Origin: Thermoplasmata archaeon
Lineage (GTDB): Archaea; Thermoplasmatota; SW-10-69-26; JACQPN01; JAJPHT01
Direction: 5' to 3'
Assembly: GCA_034667685.1 (NCBI GenBank)
Contig: JAXDQU010000071.1
Coordinates: forward strand, 1 to 42,816
DNA: 42,816 bases
The notes under the pieces were generated by a model. That model saw only the letters and a program-made list of their open reading frames with translations, did no database searches and was not told the origin of the DNA. Positions 1 through 8,168 of this stretch are shown here, one piece after another. Position 1 is the stretch's first letter, and the number at the start of each line of letters is the position of its first letter. A program made the translations under genes and the position numbers.

Positions 1-121
1 CTTGCGGGAGGCAGCAGGGCTCGGGCTGGGGCTCGAAAGCGGGCTCGGGTCCGGCTCGTCCTTTCCGACCTGACCCTCCCCCTTATCCTCTCCCTGCGCG
101 ACGCCCTTGCCAGTGACTCTC

Positions 122-613
122 ATGAAGGCCAACCAGAAGTTCCAGCGCTCCGCCGACGACGCGGTCTCCCCGGTCATCGCGGTCATCCTCATGGTCGCCA
201 TCACCGTCGTCCTCGCGGCGACCGTGTACGTCTGGGTGAGCGGCTTCGGGGCGCAGTCCGGCAACCCGCAGAAGAGCATCTCGCTCACCAGCGCGGGGAC
301 GCTCTCGTCCTCGAACAAGACGTACGCCATCGCGTCCTCCACCAGCGGCATGAAGTGGAGCGACGTCACCCTGACCGTGAACGGCGTGACGCAGACGATG
401 GACACCAGCAACAGCACCGCCTGTGGGACCAGCGTGCCGCTGGGCCTCCCGACGAACACGTTCGCGGCGTGCTCCGGCGGCAGCTACGTGTCCAGCGCGG
501 CCTCGGTCATCTCGGCGGGCGACACGATCACCATCGAGGGCGCCTCGGGCGCGACGCTGCGCATCCTCGACACGCAGGCGAATGCGGTCATGCTGACCCT
601 GACGATGGGATAG
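122..613 (+). CDS. Archaeal type IV pilin (copy 1)
   Basis: Class III signal-like N-terminus MKANQKFQRSADDA|VSPVIAVILMVAITVVLAATVYVW; ATG at 122 matches the paralogs' MKAN start. Confidence 0.92.
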   Translation: MKANQKFQRSADDAVSPVIAVILMVAITVVLAATVYVWVSGFGAQSGNPQKSISLTSAGTLSSSNKTYAIASSTSGMKWSDVTLTVNGVTQTMDTSNSTACGTSVPLGLPTNTFAACSGGSYVSSAASVISAGDTITIEGASGATLRILDTQANAVMLTLTMG

Positions 614-755
614 GCCCGCGACCCCCGGGGCGCGCCCCGCGCGCCCCCGCCTTCATGTCCCCCCTTTTCGACGGCGACGAACCGCCGCTCTGCCCGTTCG
701 GCCCCTCGCAGACTCTTATGGCTGGATAAGGCAACCAGCCCCCAGTGATCACTCC

Positions 756-1247
756 ATGAAGGCGAACCAATCCTCCCGCAACGCCGACGAGGCCGTCTCC
801 CCGGTCATCGCCGTCATCCTGATGGTCGCGATCACCGTCGTGCTCGCGGCCACCGTTTACGTCTGGGTGAGCGGCTTCGGCGCCCAGAGCGGCAACCCGC
901 AGAAGAGCATCTCGCTGACCAGCTCCGGGGCGCTCGACAACACGAACAACAACAAGACCTACACCGTCGCCTCGGGCACGTCCGGCATGAAGTGGAGCGA
1001 CGTGAGCTTCACCCTCAACGGCGCCCCGCTCTCCCACGCCAACCTGACCACCGCGGCGGGCGCGGCCGCGGCCGGCTACTGCGTCTGGGACCCGGTCCAC
1101 GGCACGTGCTACGCGACGCAGCCCGCCGGGGTCATCTCGGCCGGCGACCTCGTCTACATCCACGACACGGGCGCCATGTCCGGCAAGACCCTGCGCATCG
1201 TCGACGCGCAGGCCAACGCCGTCATGCTGACGCTCACGATCGGCTGA
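756..1247 (+). CDS. Archaeal type IV pilin (copy 2)
   Basis: DEA|VSPVIAVILMVAITVVLAATVYVWVSGFG pilin N-terminus identical to the paralogs. Confidence 0.92.
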   Translation: MKANQSSRNADEAVSPVIAVILMVAITVVLAATVYVWVSGFGAQSGNPQKSISLTSSGALDNTNNNKTYTVASGTSGMKWSDVSFTLNGAPLSHANLTTAAGAAAAGYCVWDPVHGTCYATQPAGVISAGDLVYIHDTGAMSGKTLRIVDAQANAVMLTLTIG

Positions 1248-1269
1248 TCTCCGCGCTCGTCGTTGCGTC

Positions 1270-1302
1270 GGAGGGGCCAATCGCCCCTCCCCTCTTCTTT
1301 AT
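1270..1302 (+). terminator. Hairpin plus pyrimidine tract after pilin 2, overlapping TATA-like element of pilin 3
   Basis: GGAGGGGC-CAATC-GCCCCTCC followed by CCTCTTCTTTAT. Confidence 0.5.
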
Positions 1303-1339
1303 CCAATGCCTTCTGCACACTCACTTCCAGTGACTTTCC

Positions 1340-1822
1340 ATGAAGGCCAACCGAGCGTTCCGTGAGTCTGAGGAGGCGGTCTCGCCCGTCATCGCGGTGA
1401 TCCTGATGGTCGCGATCACCGTGGTCCTCGCCGCGACCGTCTACGTCTGGGTGTCCGGGTTCGGCGCGCAGAGCGGCAGCCCGCAGAAGAGCATCTCGCT
1501 GACCAGCTCGGGGGCGCTCTCCAACGGCTGGAAGAACTACACCGTCGCGTCGGGCACCTCCGGCATGAAGTACAGCGACATCACGATCACGTACGGCGGC
1601 GTCACGCAGGCGCTCGACTCGGGCGGCAGCGCGAGCTGCTCGTCCTACGCCGTGAACGCGGGCAGCGTCTACCTGGCGTGCGCGGGCACCTCGCTGCGCG
1701 CCTCCACCGGCACGGTCCAGGCGGGCGACGTCATCTCGCTGCACGGCATCGCCGCGGGCGGCACGCTGCGCATCCTGGACACGCAGGCCAACGCCGTGAT
1801 GCTGACGCTGACGATCGGCTGA
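1340..1822 (+). CDS. Archaeal type IV pilin (copy 3)
   Basis: EEA|VSPVIAVILMVAIT pilin N-terminus; conserved C-terminus TLRILDTQANAVMLTLTIG. Confidence 0.92.
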   Translation: MKANRAFRESEEAVSPVIAVILMVAITVVLAATVYVWVSGFGAQSGSPQKSISLTSSGALSNGWKNYTVASGTSGMKYSDITITYGGVTQALDSGGSASCSSYAVNAGSVYLACAGTSLRASTGTVQAGDVISLHGIAAGGTLRILDTQANAVMLTLTIG

Positions 1823-1836
1823 GGCTCTTTTCCCCA

Positions 1837-1867
1837 GGGGCCCAGGTCCGGGCCCCCTTCTTTTCAT
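1837..1867 (+). terminator. Hairpin plus T-tract after pilin 3
   Basis: GGGGCCC-AGGTCC-GGGCCCC followed by CTTCTTTTCAT. Confidence 0.5.
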
Positions 1868-1902
1868 CCACCTCCGCGTCGAGGCACGACGGAGTGAACC
1901 TC

Positions 1903-2379
1903 ATGAAGGCCAACCAGAAGTTCGTCAAGGCCGACGACGCCGTCTCGCCGGTCATCGCCGTCATCCTCATGGTCGCCATCACCGTCGTCCTCGCGGCGAC
2001 CGTGTATGTCTGGGTCTCGGGTTTCGGCGCCCAGAGCGGCAATCCCCAGAAGAGCATCTCGCTCACGAGCGCCGGCGCGCTCTCCAACACCTGGAAGAAC
2101 TACACCGTCGCGTCGGGCACGTCGGGCATGAAGTACAGCGACCTGAAGGTCAGCGTCGACGGCGTCGACCAGCCCTTCGACACCGCGGCCGATTGCAGCA
2201 CGCCGGCCGTCGCGTCGCCCGGCTTCGGCGTCTGCCACGGCGGCAGCGCGCTCGCCTCGTCCAACAACGTCGTGTCGGCGGGCGACATCATCATGCTCAA
2301 GGGCATCGCGAGCGGCAAGACCCTGCGCATCCTGGACTCCCAGGCCAACGCGGTCATGCTCACGCTGACCATCGGTTGA
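1903..2379 (+). CDS. Archaeal type IV pilin (copy 4)
   Basis: ATG at 1903 gives MKANQKFVKADDA|VSPVIAV; same constant termini. Confidence 0.92.
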   Translation: MKANQKFVKADDAVSPVIAVILMVAITVVLAATVYVWVSGFGAQSGNPQKSISLTSAGALSNTWKNYTVASGTSGMKYSDLKVSVDGVDQPFDTAADCSTPAVASPGFGVCHGGSALASSNNVVSAGDIIMLKGIASGKTLRILDSQANAVMLTLTIG

Positions 2380-2392
2380 GCTTCGCTGGGCA

Positions 2393-2463
2393 CGGGCAAG
2401 GGCGCAGGCAAGTTCCTCCCCAGATGGGATGTGGGAACGTGCCCGTGGCCCTGCCCTTGCCCG
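2393..2463. repeat. Imperfect intergenic inverted repeat
   Basis: CGGGCAAGGGC ... GCCCTTGCCCG outer arms with inner GTTCC/GGAAC and TCCC/GGGA pairing. Confidence 0.6.
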
Positions 2464-2578
2464 AACGAATCGTATTCGTGACATCGTTTCTCGTATTCTG
2501 GTCGTACCAGTACGGCTTGCCGAAAGCCACGGCTACGTTTTCCAAACCTATTTCCCCGGGCCCGTGGTATGCCGGCCC

Positions 2579-3913
2579 ATGAAGCCCGACGTCCGCGTCC
2601 CGATCCCCGGCCCCAACGCGAGCAAGATCGTCGAGCGCGACGAGCGCGTGCTGATGACGACCACGAAGACGGCGCCCATCGCCGCGGCGAGCGCGAAGGG
2701 CGTGTGGGTCACGGACGTGGACGGCAACACGCTGCTCGACTTCACCAGCGGCGTGGGCGTCGTCAACTGCGGCTACTCGCATCCCAAGATCGTCAAGGCG
2801 ATCCAGGACCAGGCGGCGAAGCTCATTCACTTCGCCGGAACGGATTACTATTACTCTTCGCAGGTCGAGCTGGCCGAGCGCCTCGCGCAGGTCGTGCCGG
2901 GCAAGTGGGCCAAGAAGGTGTTCTACACCAACAGCGGCACGGAGTCGAACGAGGCCGCGATCAAGATCGTGAAGGCGCACCACGGCGACCGCCAGCAGTT
3001 CCTCGCCTTCCAGGGCGCGTTCCACGGGCGCACCATGGGCGCGCTCGCGTTCACCGCGAGCAAGCCCGTGCAGAAGCGCGGCTTCTTCCCGTGGATGGCG
3101 GGCGTCACGCACGTCCCCTTCCCGAACCCCTACCGCAACGCCTGGGGCATCGACGGCTACGCGCACCCCGAGGAGCTGACCAACCGCGCGCTCGACTGGA
3201 TCGAGAACCTTTTCGCCACGAGCCTCCCGCCGCAGGACGTGGGCGGCCTGTGGCTGGAGCCCGTGCAGGGGGAGGGCGGCTACGTCGTGCCCCCGAAGGG
3301 CTTCTATCCGAAGCTCGCCAAGCTCGCGCGCGACCACGGCATCCTGCTCGTGGCCGACGAGGTGCAGACCGGCTTCGGGCGCACCGGCAAGATGTTCGCG
3401 CAGGAGCACTTCGGCCTCGAGGCTGATATCACCATGCTCGCCAAGGGCATCGCCAACGGGATGCCCATGGGCGCTGCGGTGGCGCGCGCCGACCTCGACT
3501 TCGACGCCAACGGCCGCCACAGCAACACCTACGGCGGCAACGTGCTCGCCACCACCGCGGCGCTCGCCACGCTCGACGTCATCCAGGGCGAGAAGCTCGT
3601 GGAGAACAGCGCGAAGGTGGGCGACCACCTCAACAAGCGCCTGCGCGAGCTGGCCGGAAAGCACGAGGCCATCGGCGACGTCCGCGGGCTGGGCATGATG
3701 CAGGCCATCGAGTTCGTCACCGACCGCAAGACGAAGGCCTACGACCCGAAGGTCAAGGACCGCGTCGTCGAGGAGGCCACCAAGCGCGGCCTCGTCCTGC
3801 TCCCCTGCGGCAAGAGCGCCGTGCGCTGCATCCCACCCCTGGTCATCACCGTGGAGGAAGTCGACGCGGGCATCGAGGTGCTGGACCAGGCCATCGGCGC
3901 GGCGCTGAAGTAG
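2579..3913 (+). CDS. Class III PLP-dependent aminotransferase (4-aminobutyrate/ornithine aminotransferase-like)
   Basis: DVDGNTLLDF, NSGTESNEAAIK, FHGRT, EPVQGEGG, ADEVQTGFGRTG, AKGIANG motifs. Confidence 0.92.
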   Translation: MKPDVRVPIPGPNASKIVERDERVLMTTTKTAPIAAASAKGVWVTDVDGNTLLDFTSGVGVVNCGYSHPKIVKAIQDQAAKLIHFAGTDYYYSSQVELAERLAQVVPGKWAKKVFYTNSGTESNEAAIKIVKAHHGDRQQFLAFQGAFHGRTMGALAFTASKPVQKRGFFPWMAGVTHVPFPNPYRNAWGIDGYAHPEELTNRALDWIENLFATSLPPQDVGGLWLEPVQGEGGYVVPPKGFYPKLAKLARDHGILLVADEVQTGFGRTGKMFAQEHFGLEADITMLAKGIANGMPMGAAVARADLDFDANGRHSNTYGGNVLATTAALATLDVIQGEKLVENSAKVGDHLNKRLRELAGKHEAIGDVRGLGMMQAIEFVTDRKTKAYDPKVKDRVVEEATKRGLVLLPCGKSAVRCIPPLVITVEEVDAGIEVLDQAIGAALK

Positions 3914-4009
3914 GGCGCCGAGACGCGCAGCGGTTGTCGACGTTTTCTTTCGGATCGACGATAACGTCTTGCGTCCCCGTGTTATTGGCGCCGCAGGGGG
4001 CCTCCGCGC

Positions 4010-4582
4010 GTGAGCCGCCTCGCGTTCGCCCTTCTCGTGGTCGCCAGCTTCCTCTTGCCCGTGGCGGTCGGCGGCTCGCCGCAGGATCCCGAGATCCGGG
4101 GCAACCCGGACAAGCTCGTGAGCACGAACGGGAGCACGACGATCGACGCGCCCGAGGCGCGCATCGTCGCGATCTGGCTCGACGAGCCCAACGACACGAC
4201 CATCCGCATTTCGTGGCAGGTCGTCGACATCGCGCACCGATTCCAGAGCGACGAGATCCTGAACCTCTGGCTCGACTGCCTCTCCGGCCCCCTGGACAAT
4301 CTCATGGGGATCAACATGGGCGGCCCCTTCCCCCAGCCCGTCGGGTACGTCCGCAGCTACGAGGAGAACCGGGTCTGGTTCCTGCCCGTCACGATCTCGG
4401 GAAACGTCGCGAGCATCACCGTGACGCGCGCGGCATTCGCGCAGCCCCCATGCGTCGAGCCCATCGGCGGGTTTGAGGTCGCGTTCAAGTCGCCCTTGGG
4501 CAACTCGTGGGCTCCGACCTCGCCCGTCTGGTGGGGCCAACGCGCGCCCGAGACGGGGTACGGCCGGGACTTCTTCTTCTGA
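4010..4582 (+). CDS. Secreted hypothetical protein
   Basis: N-terminal signal-like hydrophobic segment; codon usage fits the coding frame. Confidence 0.6.
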   Translation: MSRLAFALLVVASFLLPVAVGGSPQDPEIRGNPDKLVSTNGSTTIDAPEARIVAIWLDEPNDTTIRISWQVVDIAHRFQSDEILNLWLDCLSGPLDNLMGINMGGPFPQPVGYVRSYEENRVWFLPVTISGNVASITVTRAAFAQPPCVEPIGGFEVAFKSPLGNSWAPTSPVWWGQRAPETGYGRDFFF

Positions 4583-4654
4583 GGCCGGAGATTCCCCGTC
4601 GCCCGCAATACCCTTAAGAGAGACCCCCTCCACTCCCGCGGCTCGGTTGCTGCC

Positions 4655-7396
4655 ATGGCCCGAGGTCCCCCTCTCGTGCTTGTCGCCCTTTTCCTCCTTC
4701 CGTTGGCCGCGCCGGGCGCCGTCGCCGCGGAGGCCAAGGCGCTCGACTACGGGCTGCCCAACGCGATGGTCGGCGCGGGCGTCGCGCAGGTGGGCGGCTA
4801 CGTCTACGTCCTGGGCGGCCGCCTCTCCGACGGCACGTACAGCAACGGCATCGTGAGGTACGACCCGACCACGGGCGCGAACAGCACGGTGGCCCGTTTC
4901 CCCGACGTCACCATCGCGCCGGGAAGCTCGGAGCGCTACGCCGGGTCGGTCGCGGTCCACGGCTCGAAGATCTACTACTTCGGCGGCGCGACCTCCGTGC
5001 AGGGCACCGTGGGCGATCAGGCCGCGCGCCTGCCCAAGCCGATCCCCGACATCGTCGTCTTCGACACGCAGACGAACAGCGTCCAGATCCTCTCCAGCGA
5101 GGTCGGCAAGACGCCGCAGAACAGCCAGATCCCGGACAACGGCGCGTGGGGCATGGGCGAGGCCACGATCGGCGACACCGCGTACCTCTTCGGCGGCTTC
5201 ACGCTCGACCTCTCGACGTACACGTTCCAGCGCCACGACTGGATCCTCGCGTTCGACATGAGCACCGAGACGATCCGCACGCTCTCCTCGACGCTCCCCT
5301 ACCCGGTGCAGGACGCGGGCGTCGCGTACCTCTCCTCGCCCTCGCCGCGCGTCTACCTCTTCGGCGGCCTGGGCGACAACAACACCGCGAACCTCTGCCC
5401 GGGGCGCTACAACCAGACCACGGGCCAGACCGACCGCCCGGGGCTGTGCATGACCGACGAGATCGTGCGCTGGGATCCGCAGCTCCAGGACGGCGGCGAC
5501 GTCCTCGACGTCAAGCTCCCCTACCGGGTGCAGTTCCCCAGCGCCGGCGTGGCGCGCAGCGACCGCGGCACGCTCGCCTACGTCCTGGGCGGCCTGCTCG
5601 TGGACGGATCGGCCTCGCAGGCGATCCTGGAGTTCAACCCCGGCTCCACGACGCCCCTGCGCACGCTCGCACCCCGGCTCGACCCGGGCCTCTTCGGCAG
5701 CGGCGCGACGGGCGACGGCAACACGCTGACGCTCTGGGGCGGCCGGCTGGGCGAGGCGAACCAGCTCACCAACGCGATCGTGCGGTTCAACCCCAGCCCC
5801 ACCGCGCCCTTCCCGCCCACGAGCCTCATGGCGACGCGCGCCGCGGGCGCGATCCACCTGGAGTGGCAGCCGCCCACGTACGACGGCGACTCGCCCGTGA
5901 CGGGCTATCACGTCTATCGCACGGGCATCGACGGCGTCGAGACGGCGCTCACCACCACGACCGCGCTCTCCTACGACGACGCGGCGACGAAGCCCGGCGC
6001 CAACTACACCTACCGCCTCACCGCGGCCAACACCTACGGCGAGAGCGGCGGCGCGCGCGTGAGCACCGCGACGAGCACGACGCCGCCGGGCCCCGTGCAG
6101 CACTTCAGCGCCTACGCGGGCAACGCGCAGGTGCAGCTCTCGTGGGACGCGCCCTTGGAGAACGGCGGCGCCGACCTCACCGGCTACCACGTGACGTGCA
6201 GCTGCAGCGCGAGCCCGGTGAGCCTCCCCGCGTCCACCACCTCCTACGCGTGGGCCGGCCTCGCCAACGGCGCGAGCTACACGTTCGTCGTGCGCGCCGT
6301 CAACGCCAAGGGCGAAGGCACCGCGTCCCCCACGCTCGCCGCCTCGCCCGCGCCCGTGCCCGACGCGCCCGCCAACGTCGCCGCGCAGCCCGCCGGCAGC
6401 GACGCGGGGAGCGCCAGCGGCGTCGTCGTCTCGTGGACGTCCCCCGCGACGAGCGTCACCAACGTGATCGTCCTGCGCGGCACGACGCCCGACGCGGTGA
6501 GCTTCCCGCTCGCCAACCTCACGCCCGACCAGGTCACCTACACCGACACGCAGGTCGACCACGGCCGCACGTACTACTACGCGCTCGTGAGCCTCAACGC
6601 CGCGGGCCGCAGCCCCCCGTCCAAGCCCGTCTCGGTGAGCCTCGTCGACGTGCCCGCGCCGCCCACCAACGTGCAGGCCCGCGGGCTCGAAGGCCTCGTG
6701 CAGGTCACGTGGCAGGCGCCCAACGACCTGGGTGGCGCGCAGCCCAGCGCGATCACGTACGCCGTCGTGCGCACGAGCCCCACCGGCAGCCAGAAGATCG
6801 TCTCGCCGCCCGACCTCGCCCTGACGGCGTACTCGGACCGCACCGCCACGCCCGGCGTCGCCTACACGTACACCGTGATGACGCAGAACCCGCGCCGCAG
6901 CGCCGCGAGCCTCCCGGCCACGGCGACCGCGCTCGTCGTCTCCAACAAGCCGCCCACCGCGGCCATCGCGGTCCTTCCCGCCATCGCGACCGCGGGCGAT
7001 CCCGTCACGCTCGACGCGAGCCAGTCCGTCGACCCCGACGGCACCCTCGCGCAGTACGCCTTCGACTTCGGCGACGGGTCGGACGTGAAGCTGACCAACC
7101 AGAGCACCGTCACGCACGCCTACGCGACGAACAACACGTACACCGTGAAGGTCGTCGTCACGGACGACCGCGGCAACACCAGCGCCCCCGCCACGGCGCG
7201 CGTCATCATCGGCACGCTCCAGGGGGGCGGCGCGGATGATTCAGGCGGCACGAACGTGGGCTCGCGCCCCGTCACAAGCGTCGGCGACCCGCAGCCCGGC
7301 GCCGGCGCGGGCAAGATCCCCGGCCCCGAGCCGATCCTCGTGGCGCTCGCGGCCCTCGGCCTGGCGCTGGTGACGCGCCGTCACCTCCGCCGGTGA
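4655..7396 (+). CDS. Surface protein: Kelch propeller, tandem fibronectin type III domains, PKD domain, PGF-CTERM-like tail
   Basis: Signal peptide; YVLGG/YLFGG Kelch repeats; W..P..DG.SPVTGY and YTYRLTAAN FN3 motifs; FDFGDG PKD; C-terminus KIPGPEP + TM + RRHLRR. Confidence 0.88.
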   Translation: MARGPPLVLVALFLLPLAAPGAVAAEAKALDYGLPNAMVGAGVAQVGGYVYVLGGRLSDGTYSNGIVRYDPTTGANSTVARFPDVTIAPGSSERYAGSVAVHGSKIYYFGGATSVQGTVGDQAARLPKPIPDIVVFDTQTNSVQILSSEVGKTPQNSQIPDNGAWGMGEATIGDTAYLFGGFTLDLSTYTFQRHDWILAFDMSTETIRTLSSTLPYPVQDAGVAYLSSPSPRVYLFGGLGDNNTANLCPGRYNQTTGQTDRPGLCMTDEIVRWDPQLQDGGDVLDVKLPYRVQFPSAGVARSDRGTLAYVLGGLLVDGSASQAILEFNPGSTTPLRTLAPRLDPGLFGSGATGDGNTLTLWGGRLGEANQLTNAIVRFNPSPTAPFPPTSLMATRAAGAIHLEWQPPTYDGDSPVTGYHVYRTGIDGVETALTTTTALSYDDAATKPGANYTYRLTAANTYGESGGARVSTATSTTPPGPVQHFSAYAGNAQVQLSWDAPLENGGADLTGYHVTCSCSASPVSLPASTTSYAWAGLANGASYTFVVRAVNAKGEGTASPTLAASPAPVPDAPANVAAQPAGSDAGSASGVVVSWTSPATSVTNVIVLRGTTPDAVSFPLANLTPDQVTYTDTQVDHGRTYYYALVSLNAAGRSPPSKPVSVSLVDVPAPPTNVQARGLEGLVQVTWQAPNDLGGAQPSAITYAVVRTSPTGSQKIVSPPDLALTAYSDRTATPGVAYTYTVMTQNPRRSAASLPATATALVVSNKPPTAAIAVLPAIATAGDPVTLDASQSVDPDGTLAQYAFDFGDGSDVKLTNQSTVTHAYATNNTYTVKVVVTDDRGNTSAPATARVIIGTLQGGGADDSGGTNVGSRPVTSVGDPQPGAGAGKIPGPEPILVALAALGLALVTRRHLRR

Positions 7397-7467
7397 CGAC
7401 CGCGCCCTCAAGCCCGCGCTCGTCCCCGCAGGGTCAGGCTCGTTGCCGCGAGCCAGGTGTTGCCATC

Positions 7468-7758
7468 ATGAAAGCCATCGTCCTCGTCGCCGCGCTCGTG
7501 CTCCCCGCCTTGGCCGGAGCCGCGCTGGCCGGCGCGCCCAGCTCGCCCCCCGACGACAGCGCCGCCGCGTTCGACTTCTCGCAGTTCGCGCCCGGCGCGC
7601 CCGTCTTCTACGTCTTCTGCGCGCAGCACACGACGCTCGCCAACTGCCAGGGCATGACGATCTACCAGGAGAGCAACGGGCTGGGCAAGCTCCAGCACCT
7701 CGGCCTCCAGATCAGCAGCGCCAAGAAGTACGATCCGGACGCCAAGGTCCTGTCCTAG
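7468..7758 (+). CDS. Small secreted protein (ESNGLxxLQ motif)
   Basis: Signal peptide MKAIVLVAALVLPALAGAALA; motif shared with 39517..39762. Confidence 0.7.
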   Translation: MKAIVLVAALVLPALAGAALAGAPSSPPDDSAAAFDFSQFAPGAPVFYVFCAQHTTLANCQGMTIYQESNGLGKLQHLGLQISSAKKYDPDAKVLS

Positions 7759-8003
7759 GCATCTCGGGCTTTCAGGGTCCTCAGGAGCGCGCGGTACGCG
7801 CCGCGCTCCTGCCCCGCCAGCCTCGCCCACACGATCGTCAGCGCGCCCGCCGCGACGACGGCCGCGGCGCCCGCCCATTCTCCCCATGCCAAGGCGATCG
7901 GCGCCGCGAGCAGCGCGATCACGAGGGCGAGGAGCCCCGCGCGCTGCGTGGCGCGGCTGCGGCGGGCCAGGGCGCGGACTTCGGGGAGCGTGGCGTCTCT
8001 CAT
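7755..8003 (-). CDS. Small 2-TM membrane protein
   Basis: MRDATLPEVR... two hydrophobic segments; downstream of glyS on the same strand. Confidence 0.55.
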   Translation of the reverse strand: MRDATLPEVRALARRSRATQRAGLLALVIALLAAPIALAWGEWAGAAAVVAAGALTIVWARLAGQERGAYRALLRTLKARDA

Positions 8004-8076
8004 CGGCACCCGGAGGGCGCCTCGATCGGGTCTCTCCTTGCGCTCTCTCCACCGTGTCGGTGTGACGGTTCGCCAT

Positions 8077-8158
8077 CCTCCAGCCACGGAGGACACAGAG
8101 GTCACGGAGGAACGACAAAAGTCGCCTCTGTGACCTCTGTGTCCTCCGTGGCTGGAGG
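8077..8158. repeat. REP-like long palindrome (copy 1)
   Basis: 34-bp arms CCTCCAGCCACGGAGGACACAGAGGTCACGGAGG / CCTCTGTGACCTCTGTGTCCTCCGTGGCTGGAGG with one mismatch. Confidence 0.9.
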
Positions 8159-8168
8159 GGCGAACCAG

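Noticed and set aside
17-58. GGCTCG short repeats at window start
   Set aside because: Truncated context and low complexity; cannot be interpreted
140-175. Acidic residue before the pilin cleavage site (DDA/DEA/EEA) as a defect
   Set aside because: Acidic -2 residues are common in euryarchaeal-type pilin signal peptides; not unusual
122-2379. Diversity-generating retroelement or silent pilS-type cassettes
   Set aside because: No reverse transcriptase or adenine-specific TR/VR pair; every copy is full length with its own start and promoter-like motif
2360-7117. 1585-aa minus-strand ORF and the many other long Arg/Ala/Gly-rich ORFs
   Set aside because: Antisense or frame shadows of real genes, expected in ~70% GC DNA; no motifs
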